From: Candidatus Micrarchaeota archaeon
GTDB lineage: Archaea; Micrarchaeota; Micrarchaeia; Anstonellales; Anstonellaceae
Reading direction: 5' to 3'
DNA length: 50,513 bases
Assembly: GCA_018304295.1 (NCBI GenBank)
Contig: JAGVWK010000008.1
Location: 1-50,513, forward strand
Shown: positions 37,840-47,640 of the stretch, one piece after another
How the letters are laid out: each line of letters starts with the position of its first letter
Numbering within the stretch: position 1 is the first letter of the stretch
Translations under genes and position numbers: made by a program
The notes under the pieces: generated by a model
Database searches by the model: none
What the model saw: only the letters and a program-made list of their open reading frames with translations
What the model was told of the DNA's origin: nothing

Positions 37840-38790
37840 ATGAAGCTGAAGGTTCCGGAGTGCGAGCCACACATCGCCCTTGACCACGCGCAAGGGGAGC
37901 TTTGCTTTGTTTCCCATGCGCACAGCGACCACACCTCAGCCGTGCGTTCTCTTAAGCCCCTTTTTGCAACAGAAGAAACATTGCACTTGGCAAACGCAAA
38001 AACCGCGCATCCAATTCCCAAAAATATTTCCCTGCTTGGAGCCGGTCACATGCTTGGGGCTGCGCAGCTTTTTGCCCGGCTGGACGGCCAAAGCCTCACT
38101 TACACCGGGGATTTCAAGCTTTCCCCAAGCCTTACGTGCAAGGGCGCTCAAATAAAAGAGTGCGACACGCTCGTAATGGAAAGCACTTACGGCAGCCCAA
38201 GCATGCGCTTTCCATCGCGCGAAGAGGTGCTCTCTCACATGGAAAAATGGGTGAACGCAAACAGCTCAAAAAACGCGATAATATTCGGCGCATACACAAT
38301 GGGAAAAGCACAGGAGATTGTGAAATTCCTAAACGATTTTTGCGGCATAACCCCGATAGTGAGCAGCCGCATAGATTCAATTTGCGCAAAATACGAAGAG
38401 CTCGGAGTGCGCCTCTTGCGCGTGCGCAGCGGCACCGAAGAATCCAATGAAATGGCAAAAAGCCCTTTTGTGGCAGTAATGCCAAGCAGAAGCGTGAACC
38501 TCCAATTCGGCAGCTCGCTTTCAGGGGCGCTTAACATGAACGTCCTTACCGCGCTTGCAAGCGGCTGGGCGCATTCCTTTAGGCTTCCCGTTGACCGCGC
38601 CTTCCCGCTTTCAGACCATGCGGATTTTTCCGAAATGCTCCAATACATAGACTCCGCAAGCCCCAAAAAAATAGTGTGCGCGCTTGGGCGTGGGGAAGAG
38701 ATGGCAATGCATTTGAAAAAACTCGGCTATAACGCGATTGCGGACTCTCAAATAGGAGAGCGCATCGCAATGCAGGCAACCCTCAAATAG
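37840..38790 (+). CDS. Metallo-beta-lactamase/beta-CASP nuclease
   Basis: SHAHSDH, AGHMLG, YTGDF, ESTYG, LSDHADF. Confidence 0.92.
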   Translation: MKLKVPECEPHIALDHAQGELCFVSHAHSDHTSAVRSLKPLFATEETLHLANAKTAHPIPKNISLLGAGHMLGAAQLFARLDGQSLTYTGDFKLSPSLTCKGAQIKECDTLVMESTYGSPSMRFPSREEVLSHMEKWVNANSSKNAIIFGAYTMGKAQEIVKFLNDFCGITPIVSSRIDSICAKYEELGVRLLRVRSGTEESNEMAKSPFVAVMPSRSVNLQFGSSLSGALNMNVLTALASGWAHSFRLPVDRAFPLSDHADFSEMLQYIDSASPKKIVCALGRGEEMAMHLKKLGYNAIADSQIGERIAMQATLK

Positions 38791-38798
38791 GGGTGTTT

Positions 38799-38922
38799 TC
38801 AGCACACAAAAGGAACCTTTATTTCCCGCACGCACGCTCAGCACACAAAAGGAACCTTTATTTCCCGCACGCTTAAGGCAGTTGCTTTGAGCAAAAACCT
38901 ATTTCCCGCACGCACGCTTAAG
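38799..38922. repeat. ~39-bp imperfect tandem repeat built from the 3' end of the 38899-39198 gene
   Basis: TCAGCACACAAAAGGAACCTTTATTTCCCGCACGC twice; core TATTTCCCGCACGC three times. Confidence 0.9.
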
Positions 38923-39198
38923 CTCATTGTAATGCATGTCCGCCATGCCGACTTCAACGTTCACTTTTGCGCCCACTTGGTCATACAGCTCAATTGCAAC
39001 AAGCACTTTTGCAAGGGGCAAATCCTTTACTTTTTGAACTTCCTTAACGTAACTGTAGGGGACTTTCACGCTCTCCTCGTCCGTTTTAAGGCAGATGCCC
39101 TCCTCGCACAGGAGTATGTGCCCTTTTTCATCAAACCCTGCGCTGTAAAGTGGTATGCGTGTTTTTACTGCGCCCATGGGCGTTTTTTCTTCTGCCAT
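38899..39198 (-). CDS. Small hypothetical protein (possibly PH-like)
   Basis: Beta-rich pattern with C-terminal helix. Confidence 0.65.
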   Translation of the reverse strand: MAEEKTPMGAVKTRIPLYSAGFDEKGHILLCEEGICLKTDEESVKVPYSYVKEVQKVKDLPLAKVLVAIELYDQVGAKVNVEVGMADMHYNELKRACGK

Positions 39199-39314
39199 AT
39201 TACCATCCGCCGTTTGCATTTGCCCTTATGGCTGCACTTGCACTTGCCCATTTGTCCAATTACTTTTATATAACTTGCATCCATTTTATAGGCATGGCAG
39301 CCGCTAACACTTAT

Positions 39315-39809
39315 ATGCGAGGGCAGGCAGCAATGGAATACCTTGTTACCTATGGATGGGCAATCCTCGCGCTGCTTGTGGTGCTTGCAGCGTTGGTTTC
39401 CTCGGGCATTTTCACCGCTTCGCGCTTTATCTGGGAGGAGTGCACTTTCCAGCCCAACCTTCAGTGCTCCCCCTTCATACTCTACTCCTCGGACTCCTCA
39501 TCCACATTGCAATTCAGCGTGCTTAACGGGCTTGGTTTTCCGGTGCGCTTTACCGGCATAAACGCAACGCTTGCAAACGGCGAGCAGATGAACGCGCTCC
39601 TTGAAGACACGGTAACGGAAGAAGGCACAAAAGCCGCTTTTACCACAACCCTTGCCTCGCCGCTCCCCAAAGGCAGCCGCCAGACAATATACGTGCAGCT
39701 TTCCTACGTTAACTGCCTCACAACTGACACTAATGCCTGCGACGAGGCAACCGCTTCGGGCGAATACGTCTCCTCAGGCAAGATACTTGCAAACGTGCAG
39801 CCGCAATAA
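39315..39809 (+). CDS. Class III signal peptide (pilin-like) protein
   Basis: RG/QAAMEYLVTYGWAIL. Confidence 0.88.
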   Translation: MRGQAAMEYLVTYGWAILALLVVLAALVSSGIFTASRFIWEECTFQPNLQCSPFILYSSDSSSTLQFSVLNGLGFPVRFTGINATLANGEQMNALLEDTVTEEGTKAAFTTTLASPLPKGSRQTIYVQLSYVNCLTTDTNACDEATASGEYVSSGKILANVQPQ

Positions 39810-39948
39810 CGTTTTGCCTTGCATCTCGCCTTCTTTTTTTGCCTCGTAAAAGACCAAAACGCTTTTAATGCTTTTATGCCCAATGCCTTTTGGCGATCAG
39901 GCATAACGGCAGCAAGGGCGTAAAATAAGTCCCAGAGCAGGGTTGGCA

Positions 39949-42900
39949 ATGATATTCCTATCCAGAATACGGATGCGCGGCTTCAAGTCTTTCAAGAACG
40001 CAGACATCTCCCTCTCGCGCGGCTTTATTTGCCTTGTAGGCCCAAACGGCTCGGGCAAGTCCAACGTAACAGACGCAATACGCTTTGCGCTGGGGGAAAG
40101 CGCGCTGCGCTCTTTGCGCGCAAAAAAAGTCTCAGAGCTCATCAATACCTCTTCAAAGCATGCGGAAGTTACCATTTACATAGACGGCGATCGCAAGCTT
40201 GAGGTAAAGCGCGCCATAAAGGACGACGGCAAAAGCGGCAAATGCATTTACCGCATAAACTCAAAGCGCGCAACGCGCGCAAGCGTTATGGAGGCACTGC
40301 GCCCGCTCGGCCTTGAGGTGGGCTCCCACAACATAATAGCGCAGGGGCAGGTGCAGCGCATAATAGAGCTCAATGCAAAAGAGCGGCGCGCCGTGATAGA
40401 TTCCGTTGCAGGCATAAGCGAGTTTGAGGAGAAAAAGAAAGAGGCAATGAACGAGCTTGAGAAGGTTGAGCGCAAGATTTCAGACTCCGGCATAATACTT
40501 TCCGAGCGCGTCGCATATTTGGGCGAGCTTGAGCATGAGCGAGATGCGGCGCTTGCGCACAACGACGCAACTGAAAAACGCAAAAGCGCGCGCTACACAA
40601 TAGTGAAGCGCGAGCACGAGCACCAAGGCAGGCAGCACTACGAAATTGCGCAAAAATCCATAAGCGCAAAGGCGGAGCTTGAAAAAGCCACCCTTGAGCT
40701 TTCTTCCTTGGACTTGCAGATTTCCTCCCTTGAGGCGCGCCGCGTGGAACTGTCCGCAAAAGTGAATTCCCAAAGCGCGCGCGAGGGCACGCTCAAGCAA
40801 ATAGAGGAGCTTCGCGTTTCCATTTCCGCCTCCACTGCCTCGCTTGCTGAAAGGAAAAAAGACCTTGCGCGCATTGTGGCGCGCCTAGGCGAACTCTCCT
40901 CAAAAAGGGCTGGGCAGAAAAACAAATCCCTTGCGCTCAGCGCTGAAATTGCAAAGCTTCGCAAGGAGCTTTCCTCCCTTGACGCGAAAATAGGCAAGAT
41001 GGAGCAGGAGCAAGAGGCAGGCACGGGCACAGAAATCTCCCAGATACGCACCTCCCTTGACTCGCTTGTTTCGCAGTTGCAGCAGCTTCGCGAGCAGCGC
41101 GCCTCCCTTGCCTCCGACATTTCAAAAAGCAAGGAGATGCACTCCATGCGCCTCTCTGAAATACAGTCCATTTCCTCAACCCTTCCAAAGCTTTCGGATT
41201 CGCGCCTTGAGGGCGAAAGGGCGAACTTGGGCGCGGAAATAGATTCAATTGCAAAGGAAATAGACAAAATTTTCTCGCAGGAAAAAGACCTTAACAAAAA
41301 CATCCCACTGCTTGATCGGCGCATGCTTGAGCTTAAGGAAAAGCATGCAATAATGCGCGCAAGCGCATCCGCATCGGCAACCAATCCCGCAATAGCCTCG
41401 GTGCTCTCAATGGGGCAGCACATAAAGGGGATATATGGAACAGTCGCCGACCTGATAAAATTTGAGCCCGAATATGCAAAAGCAATAGAGGCGGCGGCAG
41501 GAAGCCGCCTCACCTACGTGGTCGTTGAGAACATTGACGTTGCAACCGCGGCAATAGACAGGCTACGTTTTCTCCGATACGCTTCTTGTAAAGGACGTTG
41601 CAGCCGCAAAGAAAGTCGGAATAGGCAAGGCGCGCATGGCAACAATTGAGGGCGAGCTTCTTGAGCGCTCAGGCATAATAACCGGCGGAAGCGCAAAAAG
41701 CAGCATACTTTCGCGCACCGCGCTGCAGACCCTTGAGAGGGAAATAGAAAGCCTGAAAAAGGAGCGCGAGGGCGCATATAGCGAGCTTTACTCAATACGC
41801 GAAACCATCTCACGCAAAAGGCGCGAAAAGGCAGAGGCTGAGATAAAGGCAAAGGGAATTGAGCTTGAGCTTGGCAGCATGGAGGCGGCGCGCAAGTCAA
41901 TTGAGTCCCTCAAGAAAAAAATCTCCCTTTTGCAAAAAGGCGCGCAGGAATTGCAGTCTCAAATTTTCCAGAAGGAAAAAAGCCTCGTTTCCCTTAATGG
42001 CAGCATTGACAAGATGCAGCAGGAGCGCGAGTCCCTCTCCTCCTCAATTGCAAGCGCGCAGGAGCTTGAAAAAGAGCAGGAGAGTGCGCAAGCATTGCAG
42101 CTTCGCTCATTGCTAAGCGACCACTCTGAGCTTGATTCTTCCATTAAGGCAAAAGAAAGCGAACTTTCACTTATGCGCGAGCAGGATGGCGAGCTTGAAA
42201 CCGAGCGCAAAAGCCTTTTTGCAGAGCAGGCAGAAGGCAAAAAACAGGCAGAGGCGCTTTCAGCAGGCATTGAAAAAGATTCGTCCCTACTTTCCCAAAA
42301 GGAAGAGGAGCTTTCCCACCTTAGCGCCTCCGCAAAGAAATTCTTTGCGCAGCTAAAAGCGCTTGAAGAGGAACTTTCAGGCATTTCCTCGCAGCGTGGA
42401 AAGTCGCAGTTTGCCTTTGATTCCCTTAACAAGCAGCTCTCAGAGCTTGAGGCAAAAAAAGCGATAATAGAAAGCAGGCTTGCGGACTACGCGGTGGAGC
42501 TTGAGAATTTCGGGCCAAATTTCCCTTCCTTGCTTGACGTGCCAAAAGCGCAGCTTGAAGAGCTCATAAAGGAGTGCGACGCGAAAATAACCTCCCTTGG
42601 CGCAGTGAACCTGAAAGCACCCGAGCTTTACGAGGAAAAGAAAAAGGACATTGACGGGGTGCGCTCAAAGCTTTCCCTTTTGGCGGACGAAAAAACAGCG
42701 GTGCTTCGCATGATGGACGAGATAGACGCAAAGAAGCGCGACATTTTCCTCTCCACCTTCAACGGAATTGCAGCGAATTTCAAGAAGCTCTTTAACCTCA
42801 TTTTCAAGGGCGAGGGAACGCTGCTTCTTGAGCAGCCCTCGGACCCGTTCAATTCCGGGCTGCAGATAAAGGTGCGCGACGAGCGCCACGAGCGCTACAT

Positions 42901-43225
42901 AGATTCCATGTCAGGGGGCGAAAAATCCCTTCTTGCGCTTCTTTTCATATTCGCAATACAGATGCACAAGGCATCCCCCTTCTACATCCTTGATGAGGCG
43001 GACGCTGCGCTTGACAAAGAGAATTCCCGCAAGCTTGCAGGGCTTTTGCGCCAGCTTTGCGCAAATACGCAGTTCATAGTGGTAAGTCACAACGATGCAA
43101 TACTCTCCTCTTCCGACATAGCACTTGGCGTGATGAAGACGGACGACGGCTCAAAAATAGTGGGGATACAGCTCACTACTGCCGCAAACATAGCAAAAGT
43201 GCGCAAAGTGCCGCAAGATGAATAG
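39949..43225 (+). pseudogene. smc: Chromosome segregation protein SMC, split by hinge deletion + frameshift near 41563-41566 (may be an assembly artefact)
   Basis: GFKSF, GPNGSGKSN, hinge GIYGTV, MSGGEK, LDEADAALD; IDRL is joined out of frame to YVFSDTLLV. Confidence 0.88.
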
Positions 43226-43307
43226 TGCCACAAGATGAAAAATGCCACAAGATGAAAACGCTTTGGAGAATACTGCCGCAAGAGGAATAGTGCCGCAAGA
43301 GGATAGG
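43209..43307. repeat. Five imperfect 17-bp repeats starting at the smc stop region
   Basis: TGCCRCAAGAKGA... at 43209, 43226, 43243, 43274, 43291. Confidence 0.85.
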
Positions 43308-43322
43308 TGCTTACCCTTTCCC

Positions 43323-44528
43323 TTATTTTTCCTTGCTTATTGTGTGGTTTTTCCCATCAGAACTCACCGTTATTGTCCCGTGCAAGTCCGTCCTGTAAAC
43401 GTCCCATCCGTGTATTTCAAACCTTTCAAGGGAGGTTGGGCTTGGCAAATCAAACTGGCTTGGCCCAACGGTTATTACGACATCCTGCAGCGCGTTCATC
43501 CTGCCCTCCACAAGCATTGAAGACCCGTACATGCCTCCCCTGCTCTCCCCCCTGTTGAAATATTGCACAACCGCGCACTCATCAACCCCGACATCGCTTG
43601 ATATTAGCGAAGGCTCAATCTCATGCACGGTTGGGTCAAGCAGCACAATGCAGAATCCCCCATATGCAAGCCTTAATATTATCGCGTCTGATTCCGAACT
43701 TCCTTTGAGCCTCTGGTGCTGCGGATTCATCACGCTTATGTTAAGCCCGTTCACCTGCACCCACTGGCGCGCAACCGGATATTTTACAGGAAGCATTTTT
43801 TCGCTTATTTTCTGCATGAGCGCATCTGACTGCGCAGTATCGTAGCTTATGTTGTTTGTCCAAATTTCCTGCGCGCTTATGCCATCTAACACTGTCGGAA
43901 TCCCTCCAATGCTGTTTATGTCATCGTGCGTTGCAACCATGACATTAAGCGCATCTATCCCGTGCGCGCGCACAAATTCCGCTACTTTCCCCCCCTGCGA
44001 TTGCGCCCCGGCATCAATAAGCATGTTGAAGGTGCCCTTGTTCACAAGAACCGCATTCCCAAATCCCACGTCAATGAAATAAATGTTCAGCGTTGCATTG
44101 GGCGTTTGCACGAGCGCAAAAGTCCCGTTCATGATATCGTGCGATTCCCTGCCCCTTATCGCAACTATCTCCCCGCTTGCATTAATTCCCCCTGTTGCAT
44201 TTGCCCCATTTTCAAGCGTTCCGTTCTCTCCGCTTTCATTTCCCTGCGTTGCATTTGTCGCATTATTTTCCTGCCCGTTTTCCCCCTCGCCCCAGTCAAT
44301 TCCCCCCTCTCCTGTTGTGTTGCCCGCACTAACAGCGCTTTCATTCCAGCCGCCGCTTGCGTTTATGCCGCCCCCGAAATCAATCGGCGGTATCACAATA
44401 GTGCCGTTCAGGAAGGGCTTTTGCGCATCCGGGTGCGCCTGCCCGTACTCCGCGGCAGTGCATCCCAAAAAGAAAGCAAAAAGAAATGCAAAAGAAATGA
44501 AAACTGCAAGGGTTTTTGCGCCTTCCAT
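43323..44528 (-). CDS. Lipoprotein-like protein with ComEC/Rec2-type MBL domain
   Basis: FLGC signal, G/N/E linker, FIDVGFG, LIDAG, YRTDLHGTI. Confidence 0.85.
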   Translation of the reverse strand: MEGAKTLAVFISFAFLFAFFLGCTAAEYGQAHPDAQKPFLNGTIVIPPIDFGGGINASGGWNESAVSAGNTTGEGGIDWGEGENGQENNATNATQGNESGENGTLENGANATGGINASGEIVAIRGRESHDIMNGTFALVQTPNATLNIYFIDVGFGNAVLVNKGTFNMLIDAGAQSQGGKVAEFVRAHGIDALNVMVATHDDINSIGGIPTVLDGISAQEIWTNNISYDTAQSDALMQKISEKMLPVKYPVARQWVQVNGLNISVMNPQHQRLKGSSESDAIILRLAYGGFCIVLLDPTVHEIEPSLISSDVGVDECAVVQYFNRGESRGGMYGSSMLVEGRMNALQDVVITVGPSQFDLPSPTSLERFEIHGWDVYRTDLHGTITVSSDGKNHTISKEK

Positions 44529-44575
44529 GCATTGCTTTTTCCCTTGCAGTTTAAAATGGTTTTTCCCCTGCATCC

Positions 44576-45931
44576 CTACAGCACGGGGAAATACCTTTTC
44601 TTTTCCCAATCGCTCACAGAGAGGCGGTAGTTGTCCCAGTCAGACTGCTGCACGCTTGTAAGGCTTTCATATGCGTGCTTTCCAATCGCGTTGCGCACAA
44701 CCTCGTCTTTTTCCAGCTCCCCCATTGCCTCCTTAAGCGACCCCGGCAGCGTCTTTATGTAAAGCTGCTCAAGCTTTTTGTCATCAAAGTGGTAGACGTT
44801 TTCCTCAACCGGTTTTGGCGGCTCCATTTTTTTCTCCACCCCGTCCATCCCTGCGGCGAGCATTGCGGCAAATGCAAGGTAGGGGTTGCACGAGGGGTCC
44901 GGGAAGCGCACCTCCGCCCTTGTTCCCCCGGGTTTTCCTGCCAGCGCGCGCGGTATGCGTATGAGCGCGCTGCGGTTTGTCCTCCCCCAGCAAATGTACA
45001 CCGGAGCCTCATACCCCGGCACAAGCCTTTTGTAGGAGTTCACCGTGGGGTTTGTTATTGCGCTCAATGCCCTTGCATGGTGCAGTATCCCTGCAATGTA
45101 GTGCTTTGCGGTTGCAGAGAGCAGGTAGCTGTCCTTTGCATCATAGAATGCATTTTCCCCGCCCTTCCAAAGCGACTGGTGCACGTGCATCCCTGAGCCG
45201 TTTATGCCAAAAACCGGCTTTGGCATGAAAGACGCGTGCAGCCCGTATTTTCTTGCCAATGTCCTCACAGTTGTCTTGTACGTCATCACGCTGTCCGCAA
45301 CCGCCAATGCATTCCCATAACGGAAATCTATCTCATGCTGCCCGGGCGCAACCTCGTGGTGCGCCATTTCTATTTTCAGCCCCATTGCCTCAAGCGCGGG
45401 GACAATCTCCCTTCTCAAATCAACTGCCATGTCTTTGGTCGCCAAGTCAAAATACCCCGCATCATCATGCACCACGGCGGTTTGCGGGTCAATGCCGCTC
45501 CCGTTTGCAGCCTTGAATATGAAAAACTCAAGCTCAGGCCCAACCTTAAGCTCATACCCCAATGCTTCTGCTTTTTTGAGCTGCCTTTTCAACACGCCCC
45601 TCGGGTCGCCCTCAAAAGCGGTCTTTTCATCATGGTAAACGTCGCATATTATCCGTGCGATTTTGTTGCCTGTCCATGGAAGGGTCGCATACGTTGAAGT
45701 ATCCGGAACCAAAAACATGTCGCTTTCATATATCCTTGCAAACCCCTCTATTGAGGAGCCGTCAAACCACAATCCCTCCTCAAGGGCGTGCTCCAGCATC
45801 TTAACCGTTATCTCGCACATCTTGGGGTTTCCCAATACGTCCACGAACTCAAGGTCAATGAACTCAACCCCGTTTTTCTTCACGTCTTCTATTATCCTGC
45901 CCTTTTCACCCTCACTTATCTGGTCTAGCAT
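44576..45931 (-). CDS. glnA: Glutamine synthetase type I
   Basis: FDGSSIEG, GPELEF, HHEVAPGQHE, FMPKP, NGSGMH, RLVPGYEAP. Confidence 0.97.
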   Translation of the reverse strand: MLDQISEGEKGRIIEDVKKNGVEFIDLEFVDVLGNPKMCEITVKMLEHALEEGLWFDGSSIEGFARIYESDMFLVPDTSTYATLPWTGNKIARIICDVYHDEKTAFEGDPRGVLKRQLKKAEALGYELKVGPELEFFIFKAANGSGIDPQTAVVHDDAGYFDLATKDMAVDLRREIVPALEAMGLKIEMAHHEVAPGQHEIDFRYGNALAVADSVMTYKTTVRTLARKYGLHASFMPKPVFGINGSGMHVHQSLWKGGENAFYDAKDSYLLSATAKHYIAGILHHARALSAITNPTVNSYKRLVPGYEAPVYICWGRTNRSALIRIPRALAGKPGGTRAEVRFPDPSCNPYLAFAAMLAAGMDGVEKKMEPPKPVEENVYHFDDKKLEQLYIKTLPGSLKEAMGELEKDEVVRNAIGKHAYESLTSVQQSDWDNYRLSVSDWEKKRYFPVL

Positions 45932-46000
45932 CTAATCGCCTCCCATTTCTCTTGCTTGCATGCGATACATATAAATACTCATAAGTTGTTATGCTATACG

Positions 46001-46033
46001 TTTGTGCATAAAAAATGCAAAAAACTGCACAAA
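46001..46033. promoter_or_regulatory. Inverted repeat between divergent glnA and Lrp genes
   Basis: TTTGTGCA-N17-TGCACAAA. Confidence 0.4.
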
Positions 46034-46074
46034 CAATATAAAAGAAAACTGAAAATACCCAAAAAGGTATACAA

Positions 46075-46530
46075 ATGGCACGGGAGATGGACAAAACAGA
46101 CACGGATATACTCGCAGAGCTGCGCCGCGATTGCCGCCAATCATACCGCGAAATAGCGCATCGGCTCAAGCTCCACCCCGCAACCGTGATAAAGCGCGTG
46201 GAGAGGATGCAGCGCGAAAAGCTCATACTGGGCTTTGGCGCAAACCTTGATCTGCTTGCGCTGGGCTTTGAGTTCATGGCTCTCATAGACATACGCATCT
46301 CAAAAGGGCATCTTCTTGAGGTTGAACAAAAATTGCGCTCCCTGCCGCAGGTGGCTGCCATTTACGACGTTACCGGCGACTACGACGCGGTCGCCCTTGT
46401 CGCATGCAAAAACCGTGCGGACTTTTCGCGCATGATAAAGAAAATCCTCCACGAGCCCTACGTTGAGCGCACTAACACGCACGTTATCCTCAACGTGATG
46501 AAAGACAGCTGGGAGTTCGTGCCATTTTAG
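46075..46530 (+). CDS. Lrp/AsnC family regulator
   Basis: MDKTDTDILAEL HTH; YDVTGDYD RAM domain. Confidence 0.94.
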   Translation: MAREMDKTDTDILAELRRDCRQSYREIAHRLKLHPATVIKRVERMQREKLILGFGANLDLLALGFEFMALIDIRISKGHLLEVEQKLRSLPQVAAIYDVTGDYDAVALVACKNRADFSRMIKKILHEPYVERTNTHVILNVMKDSWEFVPF

Positions 46531-46606
46531 CATTTTTAACGCGTTTTTACACCCTTTATACGCCTTTTGCATCACCTTTTTATATCCCCAACTGCCTAAT
46601 TTTAGC

Positions 46607-47377
46607 ATGCGGTTCGGCTATGTGCCTGCCCTGCATGAAAACCTCCTATGCGAAATAGAATTTGCAAAAGAAAACTTTGATTTTGTAGAGGTAACGTATG
46701 TTCCTGGCGCAGATTTCGCGCGCATAGGGCGGCGTGCAATAGAGAAAGTACTGGGCAATTTCCCTGCAAAAGGGTGCGTGCACTGGTCGTACGATTTTTC
46801 CAATATCTCAAGGACGCAGATGCAAAAGGCAATAAGCCAGCTTTCCTTTTTCTCCTCAATTGGGATAAAGGACGTAACAGTAACTCCCTCGCTTAACAAG
46901 AACCTTTTTGTGGGCAGCATGCTCTCGCACAATATGCCATCCTTTTTGCGCGTGCGCGATTTCTGCTGGAACAACAATATCTCCCTGCACGTTGAGAACA
47001 CGGTCGCATTCCCTTTCAACAAGCCCGCTGCAATAAACTCCCTTCTCTACCATTTCCCCACCATGAAATTCACGCTTAATTTGGGGCACAGCCTTGCCGG
47101 ATATGCCGACAGCTACCCCTATTTCCTAAAGGACGTAAGCAAATCCCCCTCCCACTTCTGCCTGCATGATGCGGATTTCCACCACAGCCACCTTGCCTTC
47201 ACTGAAAAGGAGAAGATGCTTGAGGTAATGCAATACGTAAAAAGCCGCAACAGCCGCGCAAGCGTGGGGCTGCAAATATTCTACAAGGTGCAGGATGGCA
47301 AAAAAGTGTCCCTTGAAACAAAAGAGCGGCGGCAAATACTGCTTGACCACCTGAAAATACTGCACGAAGAGCTTTGA
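46607..47377 (+). CDS. Xylose isomerase-like/AP endonuclease 2 TIM barrel, degenerate
   Basis: HVENT, TLNLGH, CLHD, HSHL. Confidence 0.75.
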   Translation: MRFGYVPALHENLLCEIEFAKENFDFVEVTYVPGADFARIGRRAIEKVLGNFPAKGCVHWSYDFSNISRTQMQKAISQLSFFSSIGIKDVTVTPSLNKNLFVGSMLSHNMPSFLRVRDFCWNNNISLHVENTVAFPFNKPAAINSLLYHFPTMKFTLNLGHSLAGYADSYPYFLKDVSKSPSHFCLHDADFHHSHLAFTEKEKMLEVMQYVKSRNSRASVGLQIFYKVQDGKKVSLETKERRQILLDHLKILHEEL

Positions 47378-47384
47378 AAGCCCA

Positions 47385-47640
47385 TCATCTTCTTTCAGCC
47401 ATTTTCCCATCAAATCTTTTTTTCAGGACTGGAAGAAAGCTCAGCACTGCCCCTATGGCTTCTTTGCACGCTTCAACTGAAACTGCCGCAACTCCATACG
47501 CGCATTTGTTGCGCAGCACGCGCAGCCGGTCAAACGATGAAATAAGATACTGCGAACAGCCGCACCTGTCGCGCAAAAACGCTATTTGCGCCTCATGTGA
47601 ATATGGTTTGTATCCCTCAAGCCCCATGAGCGCCTGTTGT
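47385..47640 (-). pseudogene. C-terminal half of a HEPN protein
   Basis: GYKPYSHEA...LRVLRNKCAYG; N-terminal half replaced by the end of the ATPase gene. Confidence 0.6.

Noticed and set aside
21721-41566. Programmed frameshifting at the aroC and smc junctions
   Set aside because: Conserved sequence is missing at both junctions, so a frame change alone would not restore the proteins.
38799-43307. Repeat clusters at 38799-38922 and 43209-43307 as CRISPR arrays
   Set aside because: No regular unique spacers, units derive from adjacent gene ends, and no cas genes are present.
45932-45961. uORF MQAREMGGD* before glnA as a leader peptide
   Set aside because: It starts too close to the TATA-like box to be transcribed and shows no Gln/Glu enrichment.
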